Of a DNA stretch of 54,752 bases, positions 47,066 to 54,752 are shown piece after piece (position 1 is the first letter of the stretch; every line of letters starts with the position of its first letter). The DNA lies in IMG/VR virus record IMGVR_UViG_3300032223_000633, positions 1 through 54,752 of that record; one strand, 5' to 3'. The position numbers and the translations under genes are program-made. Under the pieces are notes generated by a model. That model ran no database searches and was not told the DNA's origin. It saw only the letters and a list, made by a program, of their open reading frames with translations. The DNA is from a virus (Duplodnaviria; Caudoviricetes).

Positions 47066-48772
47066 TTAATCAAAGAAAAATAAATGGGTTAATCTTCCAT
47101 CTTCTATACCTTGACCAAAATAAGGTCCGGCAGAATGGATACATCTCGCATCCATTATGATCAATCTATTATATATGTTACCTATAGAATCAGTAATATC
47201 AAATTTAGTGCTATCATAAAACCCACCATTAAAAGAAAAATCTATACCTTCTTCAGATGAATGTCTAAGTCCAGTAACTTTAGATTTATGTAATCTTGTT
47301 CCACTCTCTAATGGTGAAACTGGATTCAAGTATATCATTGCTGCCCATTTCTGTTGATCAAAATGGTATACTTGTGGGTCTTGTGCAGTGCATATTTGAA
47401 AACAACCATTGTGTCCATGTTCTTCCCATACCGTAATCTTCTCACCCATAATATATTCAAATGCTTCTTTGAGACCTTTAGGACGATATGGTTGAACAGA
47501 ACGTAATCCTTTATACCATTGTATATCAGTTTTAAATTCTACATTCAATGCAAACTCACGTACCTGATCGGGGTTAGTATAAAAATTGTCAACAACAAAT
47601 AATCTCTTATTATGATTTTTATTAATCATAAAATTTAATTGTTGATTTTTATTTGTGGTTTTATCTAATGCAATTTGATGTAAATTTTGAATTCTTTGTG
47701 ATGGACTATCATAGTATATAGATGTATCAATAAAAGAACAATATCTTGGAAATGCATTTGTTCTTTCTGGTTGCAACATATACATAGTTTGTTTTAACAT
47801 GTTTTCATAATCACCTAGTTCATGATATAATTCTGCTAAAGAAAATATATGATCATTTCTACCTACTGCAAACTTATCTGCCAATTTATATGTTGCAATT
47901 GTAGCACCATAATCTTTTAAAAACTTATAACAACTTGCGGCAAATATCATAGACATATAACATGTCTCATCATCACCTTCTCTATTACCAGTTGTTCTTT
48001 GTATATAATTTACATATTCTTCAAAGTAATATATTGCTCTTCTTGCATATTCTCTTTTCTGAGAATCACCTAAAGGGAAAGTATGACATTCATGTGCATC
48101 AAGATAACTTTTACCAATATACCAAAAATGATATAAATCAGTAAATAGTGTTCCTTCTCTTAACATCTTCTCTTCAAGTATTAGAGAATCACTAATAAAT
48201 TTAGTAGGATTAGACCAACTCTGTCCTTCATTGTGACCAATTTGTCTAAACTTCGTAGATAGGTCCACTCTTTGAAAATTTAATCCAATAGATTCATCTT
48301 CACAATATACTGTTTCATGGCAAGTATCATGATTAAAACGCCACTTCATTGATGCATTCCACATCCATGCACGATAGTAGATACATGTTCCTGCTACTGC
48401 AGGTATATGAAAACCGTGTGTTTGTTTATTATCTAATGGTGACCAATCAAAATCATCATCTATTTCTAACACTTCATCACAGTCCATTTTTAAAATCCAA
48501 TCACAACCATGATCTACTGATTGGCAATGTTGAATTAAATGATCACGATTCCATCCAAAACCTACCCAACCTTCTTCAACATCATATAACACACCAGGTA
48601 TTTGTTTTTCATTAAAAAAATCTTTTACAATTTGATCTGTACCATCTGTTGATCCATTGTTTTGAATTACCCAATAATCAATATATTTGTAACACGATTC
48701 AAGCATCCGCCTCATAACTTTGGCTTCATTTTTGAACATTGTTACCATTACAATTTTACAATTTTTGTTCAT
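47066..48772 (-). CDS. GT2 glycosyltransferase + TPR + 2OG-Fe(II) oxygenase-like (DUF6445-like) fusion
   Basis: FKNEA, NGSTDGT, GFGWNR, MDCDE (DxD), HE; helical middle; C-terminal VVDNFY.NPD.VR, YHFD, YNRLII, HSA, RLTHLFF. Confidence 0.85.
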   Translation of the reverse strand: MNKNCKIVMVTMFKNEAKVMRRMLESCYKYIDYWVIQNNGSTDGTDQIVKDFFNEKQIPGVLYDVEEGWVGFGWNRDHLIQHCQSVDHGCDWILKMDCDEVLEIDDDFDWSPLDNKQTHGFHIPAVAGTCIYYRAWMWNASMKWRFNHDTCHETVYCEDESIGLNFQRVDLSTKFRQIGHNEGQSWSNPTKFISDSLILEEKMLREGTLFTDLYHFWYIGKSYLDAHECHTFPLGDSQKREYARRAIYYFEEYVNYIQRTTGNREGDDETCYMSMIFAASCYKFLKDYGATIATYKLADKFAVGRNDHIFSLAELYHELGDYENMLKQTMYMLQPERTNAFPRYCSFIDTSIYYDSPSQRIQNLHQIALDKTTNKNQQLNFMINKNHNKRLFVVDNFYTNPDQVREFALNVEFKTDIQWYKGLRSVQPYRPKGLKEAFEYIMGEKITVWEEHGHNGCFQICTAQDPQVYHFDQQKWAAMIYLNPVSPLESGTRLHKSKVTGLRHSSEEGIDFSFNGGFYDSTKFDITDSIGNIYNRLIIMDARCIHSAGPYFGQGIEDGRLTHLFFFD

Positions 48773-49473
48773 AATGTTCTCTGTTTAATCAAATTTAATA
48801 TTTCAGTATTTGCTTTTTGTTCTTCAGATGGCGAATACAATGCACGATTTCTTTCTGGTATATCTTTTGATGGTTCAGTTAAATAATACATTGCAATACT
48901 CTTACGATACTTATCTATTGGACATTTAATAGTTTCTGAAAATCCATGCCAAGAATTCATAGATGCATCAAATAATACTACACGATTAAATTTATTGGCA
49001 ATTGTTTTCACTTTAGTTTTTGGTAAATTTAATTTACTATCATGTGACCAAAATTCTAAATTGCCACCCCATTCTTCTTTCCATTCTGGAGTTAAATACA
49101 TAATGAAATTAAATTTTCTTTGTAACTTAAGTTTAGGATGAATTGAATAATCTAGGTGTATATTTAATTTACTATTATTACCTTGTATATGCCAACCCGC
49201 ACCATGTAATCCATGATCAGCAAATAATTTGATACCAGTTAATTCTTTTAACATATCAACAAAATATTCAGAATTTAGTTTCTGAAAAAAATCATATGTT
49301 GTTGGAGGAAAATGATACCAATTATTACATGCTTTTTTAATTTCAAGTGGACTGTCATATACAAACCAAGCGGGAGAATTATAATCTAAAAATTCTTCAG
49401 ATAGTTTTAATGCATAATCATCTTCTAAAAAGTTATCTAATATGTAATGCGGAAAAGGTTCTTCAAAAAACAT
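48769..49473 (-). CDS. 2OG-Fe(II) oxygenase (prolyl hydroxylase-like)
   Basis: PFPHYILDNFL, IHLD (HxD), WGGNLEFW, FNRVVLF, SWHG, RKS; start set at MFFEE. Confidence 0.88.
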   Translation of the reverse strand: MFFEEPFPHYILDNFLEDDYALKLSEEFLDYNSPAWFVYDSPLEIKKACNNWYHFPPTTYDFFQKLNSEYFVDMLKELTGIKLFADHGLHGAGWHIQGNNSKLNIHLDYSIHPKLKLQRKFNFIMYLTPEWKEEWGGNLEFWSHDSKLNLPKTKVKTIANKFNRVVLFDASMNSWHGFSETIKCPIDKYRKSIAMYYLTEPSKDIPERNRALYSPSEEQKANTEILNLIKQRTL

Positions 49474-49474
49474 C

Positions 49475-50050
49475 TCATCTCCATTTTGGACCTTCAAACC
49501 ATGCAGCTATACTATATCTAGTACCTCTTGTAACGGGGTTTGCTTTGTGTCTTAAAAAAGAAGGCATGTAGATAATTGAACCTTGTTCTCTGGTTTCTTT
49601 ATCTAAGGCAGTTCTTGTTTCAGTTATTTCAAAATCTCCACCAACATAAGAATTGGGATCAGATAATTGAATAATACAAGACAACTTTCGGTGAAAATAT
49701 GGATCGTTATTGATCCAAAAAACATCATGGTGTTCTTTATATTCACCTTGATAAGATGCATCATATTCTGCCAATTGAATAAAATCAAGTTTTGAGATAT
49801 GAAAATTGAAGAAATCTCTATTTGCTTCTATTGCAGTTTTCCATAATGCATCAAATAGATATTTAAATCGCCAATCATTAGAATTAATAAATCTAACTTT
49901 ACTTCTTCTATAATTTGCATCGGTAGATATTTCACCACCTGCTACTCCTAAATGCCCTTCTTGAGTAGGTATTACTTGTGCATCAGAAATAATTTTTTCA
50001 CAAGTATCTTTATCAAAATATGATTTAAAATAACACCATTCACCATTCAT
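49475..50050 (-). CDS. 2OG-Fe(II) oxygenase (prolyl 4-hydroxylase/PKHD-like)
   Basis: EHHD (HxD), RKLSCIIQLSDP.SY.GGDF, HKANPVTRGTRYS. Confidence 0.9.
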   Translation of the reverse strand: MNGEWCYFKSYFDKDTCEKIISDAQVIPTQEGHLGVAGGEISTDANYRRSKVRFINSNDWRFKYLFDALWKTAIEANRDFFNFHISKLDFIQLAEYDASYQGEYKEHHDVFWINNDPYFHRKLSCIIQLSDPNSYVGGDFEITETRTALDKETREQGSIIYMPSFLRHKANPVTRGTRYSIAAWFEGPKWR

Positions 50051-50060
50051 AATACATCCT

Positions 50061-52733
50061 TTATAATTTAGATTTTATATAATCTATTTGAGTTTTTTGT
50101 TCTTTCAATGCTTCAATTAAAAGAGGAATAATTTTTTCATATTGCACTGTTAAATATTTTTCACCAGATATACTCTGTCCATATTTATTACTGTCAAAAG
50201 GAGCAGGTCTAATCACTTCAGGTAATATTTTTTCAATTTGTTGAGCGAGAACACCAACTTGTCTTTTTTTATTTGTATATCCATACTTATGTGCAATTTC
50301 ATTTGATTCATAATAAACACCTTCAACTTCATTGATCTTTTTCAAAGGTTCTTCAATATTACCTTTTATATTTTTCAATCTTCTATCAGAATAATACGCA
50401 ATAATGTTACCAGTAGCACGTACCTCACCAGTACCATATGTTGCAGTATTAACACCTACAGAATTTACTTGTGTTATTGGACCACCTGAAGGACCAGTGG
50501 CACCTCCAGGACCCGTAGGACCACCAGGACCTGTAGGACCAGTAGCACCTCCAGGACCCGTAGGACCACCAGGACCTGTAGGACCAGTAGCACCTCCAGG
50601 ACCTGTAGGACCACCAGGACCTGTGGGACCAGTAGCACCTCCAGGACCTGTAGGACCACCAGGACCTGTAGGTCCAGTGGCACCGCCACCACCTGTAGGA
50701 CCTTGAAAACCTGAAGGACCAGTTCCTCCTCCACCGCCTTGAGCACCTGGTGCACCAGGACCTCCAGTTGGACCTTGAACACCTGAAGGACCAGTACCAC
50801 CTCCTCCACCAGTTGGACCTTGAACGCCTGTAGGTCCAGACCCTCCAGCACCACCTTGAGCACCCGTAGCACCACCACCACCTGTAGGACCTTGAACGCC
50901 TGTAGGTCCAGACCCTCCAGCACCACCTTGAACACCTGTAGGACCACCACCGCCCGTAGGACCTTGAACACCTGTAGGACCACCACCGCCCGTAGGACCT
51001 TGAAAACCTGAAGGACCAGTTCCTCCTCCACCGCCTGCTACACCAGAAACACCTGTGGCTCCAGTACCACCAGTTGGAGCTTGAACCCCTGTCGGACCAG
51101 TTGGACCTTGAACACCTTGAAATCCTGCAGCACCACCCGCACCTTGAAACCCAGAAACACCAGTGACATTCGTAACACCAGTTGGACCAGTTGGAGCTTG
51201 AACACCCGTTGCACCCGTAGGACCTTGAACGCCTTGAAATCCTACAGCACCACCCGCACCTTGAAACCCAGCAACACCAGGAACACCTGTGGCTCCAGTA
51301 CCACCAGTTGGAGCTTGAACTCCTGTCGCACCAGTAGGTCCTTGAACGCCTTGAAATCCTGCAGCACCACCCGTACCTTGAAACCCAGCAACACCAGGAA
51401 CACCTGTGGCTCCAGGAACACCAGTTGGTCCCTGAACACCCGTTGCACCAGTAGGTCCTTGAACACCTTGAAATCCTGCAGCACCACCCGTACCTTGAAA
51501 CCCAGCAACACCAGGAACACCTGTGGCTCCCGTACCACCAGTTGGTGCTTGAGCACCCGTTGCACCAGTAGGTCCTTGAACACCTTGAAATCCTGCAGCA
51601 CCAATAGTACCTTGAACTCCTATTACTCCTTGAACACCTGCTACACCACTAGTACCTTGTGGTCCCTGAACTCCTGTCGCACCAGTTGGACCTTGAGGTC
51701 CTTGAGCACCTGCTACACCACTAGTACCTTGAAATCCTGTTACTCCTTGAACACCAGCAACATTAATAAGCCCCTGTGGTCCCTGAACACCCGTTGCACC
51801 AGTAGGTCCTTGAACACCTTGAAATCCTGTTGCACCCTGTGTACCTTGAAATCCTGTTACTCCTTGAACACCAGCAACATTAATAAGCCCCTGTGGTCCT
51901 TGAACACCAGTTGCACCAGTAGGTCCTTGAAAACCTTGAGCACCAGGAAATCCTGTTGGGCCTTGAATACCTTGAACACCAGCAACACCAGTAGTACCAG
52001 TTGCACCTATTGGACCTGCAACACCTTGAAAACCTACTAATCCTTGAATACCTTGAGGACCTTGAGCGCCTTGAGCACCAGATGACCCTTGAGCACCTTG
52101 AATACCTTGAAAACCAGTTGGACCTTGAACACCTTGCGGACCTTGTAATCCAGGTGACCCTTGTGGTCCTTGTGTACCTTGAAATCCCAATGCACCTTGT
52201 ATACCTTGAGCACCAGTTAAACCTGCATATCCTTGAGCACCTTGAGCACCTTGCACACCTGATGCACCTTGAGCACCTTGCACACCTTGTGGTCCTTGAA
52301 TACCAGACACACCTGTAGTACCTTGCACACCTGCAATACCTTGTGGTCCTTGAACACCAGTAGTGCCAATAGCACCTTGAGCACCCTGTGGACCTTGAGC
52401 ACCTTGCACACCAGATACACCTGCTATACCAGTAACTCCAATATTACCTGTAGGTCCTTGTGTACCATTATATCCTTGGGCACCTTGAATACCTTGTGGA
52501 CCTTGAGCACCTTGAACACCTGCAATACCCATGTCACCTTGTTGTCCAATAGAACCTTGATTACCCTGAGCACCTTGAACACCCTGTCTACCTTGAAATC
52601 CAGATACGCCTTGTGGACCTTGAGGACCTAATAGATTAGTTGTTGACCCAACCCAATTGCCAGAAGAATCAACAATGCTATTGGTACCTACAGTTATACC
52701 ATTTTTAACAATAAAATTATTTGTTATAGCCAA
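50061..52733 (-). CDS. collagen-like fibre protein with C-terminal intramolecular chaperone (peptidase S74-like)
   Basis: About 700 aa of Gly-X-Y; AYYSDRRLK cleavage motif, [23 protein letters not shown]; TTG start with GAGG SD. Confidence 0.92.
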   Translation of the reverse strand: MAITNNFIVKNGITVGTNSIVDSSGNWVGSTTNLLGPQGPQGVSGFQGRQGVQGAQGNQGSIGQQGDMGIAGVQGAQGPQGIQGAQGYNGTQGPTGNIGVTGIAGVSGVQGAQGPQGAQGAIGTTGVQGPQGIAGVQGTTGVSGIQGPQGVQGAQGASGVQGAQGAQGYAGLTGAQGIQGALGFQGTQGPQGSPGLQGPQGVQGPTGFQGIQGAQGSSGAQGAQGPQGIQGLVGFQGVAGPIGATGTTGVAGVQGIQGPTGFPGAQGFQGPTGATGVQGPQGLINVAGVQGVTGFQGTQGATGFQGVQGPTGATGVQGPQGLINVAGVQGVTGFQGTSGVAGAQGPQGPTGATGVQGPQGTSGVAGVQGVIGVQGTIGAAGFQGVQGPTGATGAQAPTGGTGATGVPGVAGFQGTGGAAGFQGVQGPTGATGVQGPTGVPGATGVPGVAGFQGTGGAAGFQGVQGPTGATGVQAPTGGTGATGVPGVAGFQGAGGAVGFQGVQGPTGATGVQAPTGPTGVTNVTGVSGFQGAGGAAGFQGVQGPTGPTGVQAPTGGTGATGVSGVAGGGGGTGPSGFQGPTGGGGPTGVQGPTGGGGPTGVQGGAGGSGPTGVQGPTGGGGATGAQGGAGGSGPTGVQGPTGGGGGTGPSGVQGPTGGPGAPGAQGGGGGTGPSGFQGPTGGGGATGPTGPGGPTGPGGATGPTGPGGPTGPGGATGPTGPGGPTGPGGATGPTGPGGPTGPGGATGPSGGPITQVNSVGVNTATYGTGEVRATGNIIAYYSDRRLKNIKGNIEEPLKKINEVEGVYYESNEIAHKYGYTNKKRQVGVLAQQIEKILPEVIRPAPFDSNKYGQSISGEKYLTVQYEKIIPLLIEALKEQKTQIDYIKSKL
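50490..50690. repeat. 45-bp tandem repeat ([15 protein letters not shown]), about 4 copies
   Basis: Read from the translated collagen C-terminal segment and the DNA. Confidence 0.8.
51030..51600. repeat. 117-bp tandem repeat (39-aa collagen unit), about 5 copies
   Basis: cagcaccaccc recurs at about 51128, 51245, 51362, 51479. Confidence 0.8.
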
Positions 52734-52735
52734 AA

Positions 52736-54752
52736 TTAATTACCTCTATCTTTTATTTTTAACATCAATTCTGCAATAATCTTTTGTTGTTCTTTAATTG
52801 CTTGTATAATGATAGGCACCATTTTCTCGTATTGTATAGTTAAATAGTTATGACCACTTTTACTACCACCAATCTCATCAGTATCAAAAGGTGCTGGATG
52901 AACAATTTCAGGTACTTGTGTTTCAACTTGTTGTGCTATTAATCCTACATGTTGTCTTTCATCTCTAACATATCCATATTGTTCTGCAAGTCTATTCTGT
53001 TTATAATAAATTCCTGTTAAACTCATTACTTTTTCTAAACAATTTGCTATAACTTCAATTTTAGTCTTTAATCTTTTATCAGAATAGAAACCTGTGATAT
53101 CACTAGATGCACGAAGTTCTCCTGTTGGACCAACTGAAGCATTAATTCCTAAAGCAGATGGTGCATAATTGTCACTTGTTCCAGTCACACCCGTAGGACC
53201 TGTGGGGCCTGTGGGACCAGGAGCACCAGTAGGACCAGTACCGCCTTGTGGACCTGTGGGACCAGTACCGCCTGCTGGACCAGTACCGCCTTGTGGACCT
53301 GTGGGACCAGGAGGACCTACAGGACCAGTACCGCCTTGTGGACCTGTGGGACCAGGAGGACCTACAGGACCAGTACCGCCTTGTGGACCTGTGGGACCAC
53401 TACCTCCAGTTGGACCTTGAAATCCTGAAGGACCCCCACCACCAGTTGGACCTTGTGTACCAGAAGGACCAGTTGGTCCTTGAACACCTTGAAATCCTGA
53501 AAAGCCAGTTGGTCCAGGTGGGCCTACTGGTCCTTGAAATCCTGCAGGTCCAGTTGGACCGCCAGGTCCTTGAACACCAGAAGGTCCAGGTGGGCCTACT
53601 GGTCCTTGAAATCCTGTAGGTCCAGTTGAACCGCCAGGTCCTTGAACACCAGAAGGTCCAGGTGGGCCTACTGGTCCTTGAAATCCTGTTGGACCAGAAC
53701 CACCTTGTGGTCCTTGAAATCCTGCAACACCAAGAGTACCTTGAACACCTTGTCTACCTTGAAACCCCGCAGGTCCAGTTGATGCACCTTGAACACCTTG
53801 AACACCTGGTGCACCAGCACCACCTTGTGGTCCTTGAGCACCTGGACCACCAGTAGGTCCTTGAACACCTTGAAAACCTTGAAACCCTTGAGGACCAGTT
53901 GATGCACCTTGAACACCTTGAACACCTGGTGCACCAGCACCACCTTGTGGTCCTTGAGCACCTGGACTACCAGTAGGTCCTTGAACACCTTGTCTACCTT
54001 GAAACCCCGAAGGTCCAGTTGATGCACCTTGAACACCTTGAACACCTGGTGCACCAGCACCACCTTGTGGTCCTTGAGCACCTGGACTACCAGTTGGTCC
54101 TTGAACACCTTGAAAACCTTGAAACCCTTGAGGACCAGTAACAGTACCTTGAACACCTTGAACACCTGGTGCACCAGCACCACCTTGTGGTCCTTGAGCA
54201 CCCGGACTACCAGTTGCACCTTGAACACCTTGTCTACCTTGAAATCCTTGAGGACCAGTAACAGTACCTTGTGGTCCTTGAACACCTGGTGCACCAGCAC
54301 CACCTTGTGGTCCTTGAGCACCTGGACTACCAGTTGGTCCTTGAACACCTTGAAAACCTTGAAACCCTTGAGGACCAGTAACAGTACCTTGCACACCCTG
54401 AACACCTGCAGGTCCAGTACCACCTTGTGGTCCTTGAGCACCTGGACTACCAGTTGGTCCTTGAACACCTTGAAAACCTTGAAACCCTTGAGGACCAGTA
54501 ACAGTACCTTGAACACCTTGCACACCTGATGCACCCGCAGGTCCTTGAGCACCTTGCACACCAGTAAATCCTTGAGCACCTTGCACACCCTGATAACCTT
54601 GAAACCCTTGAGGACCAGTAACAGTACCTTGTATACCTTGAACACCCGCAACTCCTTGTGGTCCTTGTGGACCCTGAGCGCCTTGAACACCTGAAGGTCC
54701 TTGAACACCTTGTCTACCTTGAAATCCTTGAAAACCAGCAATTGCACTCTGA
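52736..54752 (-). CDS. second collagen-like fibre protein with S74-like chaperone, 5' end outside the window
   Basis: Frame stays open and Gly-X-Y from the window edge ([15 protein letters not shown]...); [32 protein letters not shown]. Confidence 0.92.
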   Translation of the reverse strand, partial: QSAIAGFQGFQGRQGVQGPSGVQGAQGPQGPQGVAGVQGIQGTVTGPQGFQGYQGVQGAQGFTGVQGAQGPAGASGVQGVQGTVTGPQGFQGFQGVQGPTGSPGAQGPQGGTGPAGVQGVQGTVTGPQGFQGFQGVQGPTGSPGAQGPQGGAGAPGVQGPQGTVTGPQGFQGRQGVQGATGSPGAQGPQGGAGAPGVQGVQGTVTGPQGFQGFQGVQGPTGSPGAQGPQGGAGAPGVQGVQGASTGPSGFQGRQGVQGPTGSPGAQGPQGGAGAPGVQGVQGASTGPQGFQGFQGVQGPTGGPGAQGPQGGAGAPGVQGVQGASTGPAGFQGRQGVQGTLGVAGFQGPQGGSGPTGFQGPVGPPGPSGVQGPGGSTGPTGFQGPVGPPGPSGVQGPGGPTGPAGFQGPVGPPGPTGFSGFQGVQGPTGPSGTQGPTGGGGPSGFQGPTGGSGPTGPQGGTGPVGPPGPTGPQGGTGPVGPPGPTGPQGGTGPAGGTGPTGPQGGTGPTGAPGPTGPTGPTGVTGTSDNYAPSALGINASVGPTGELRASSDITGFYSDKRLKTKIEVIANCLEKVMSLTGIYYKQNRLAEQYGYVRDERQHVGLIAQQVETQVPEIVHPAPFDTDEIGGSKSGHNYLTIQYEKMVPIIIQAIKEQQKIIAELMLKIKDRGN
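53715..54735. repeat. 120-bp tandem repeat (40-aa collagen unit), about 8 copies
   Basis: gaaaccc/gaaatcc recurs at 53761, 53881, 54001, 54121, 54241, 54361, 54481, 54601, 54721. Confidence 0.88.

Noticed and set aside
50490-54735. Tandem repeats considered as a CRISPR array or DGR template
   Set aside because: In-frame coding repeats with synonymous variation, no unique spacers, no cas or reverse transcriptase gene in the window
50404-54747. Long alternative-frame and antisense ORFs in the collagen genes (e.g. 53668..54747 VFK repeats, 51081..52040, 50474..51031, 54029..54529)
   Set aside because: Expected shadows of repetitive Gly-X-Y codons that lack stops in other frames; no SD, promoter or domain support
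1-54752. tRNA genes or stop-codon reassignment
   Set aside because: Intergenic gaps are short with no cloverleaf seen by eye; core genes translate full length in the standard code

Overview
AT-rich 54.7-kb segment of a T4-like (cyanomyovirus/Kyanoviridae-type gene order) myophage genome. Almost all genes lie on the minus strand. Reading in the direction of transcription (right to left): two collagen-like fibre genes with C-terminal S74-type chaperone domains; a tightly coupled cluster of three 2OG-Fe(II) oxygenase domains, two GT2 glycosyltransferases and a SAM methyltransferase domain; an Asn-synthetase-like ATP pyrophosphatase; an opposite-strand cassette (signal-peptide-less TRAP DctP-like binding protein, DUF2061, hypothetical) under its own TATAAATA late promoter; the neck/terminase/tail/head block gp13-gp23 (with a Dps gene wedged between gp16 and gp17); gp3, uvsY, uvsW, gp55, gp47/46; PDF-hydroxylase-GNAT-DNA methyltransferase; VWA/CobS; gp45/44/62, regA, hsp20, gp43, uvsX, gp41; a second DNA methyltransferase and a PD-(D/E)xK nuclease. 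The best candidate for an undescribed system is the 13-kb late module next to the neck genes, which looks like a phage-encoded collagen-fibre hydroxylation/glycosylation pathway with an attached ligand-binding/amide-ligase cassette. Non-coding signals read directly from sequence include a ROSE-type RNA thermometer before hsp20, an H-type pseudoknot before a wHTH gene, a perfect antisense sigma70 promoter beside gp55, IHF-consensus sites beside two early promoters, an SD-sequestering hairpin at uvsY and a probably leaderless gp3. No tRNA, rRNA, CRISPR array, intron or intein was recognised. All product calls come from motif recognition and synteny, not from database searches.
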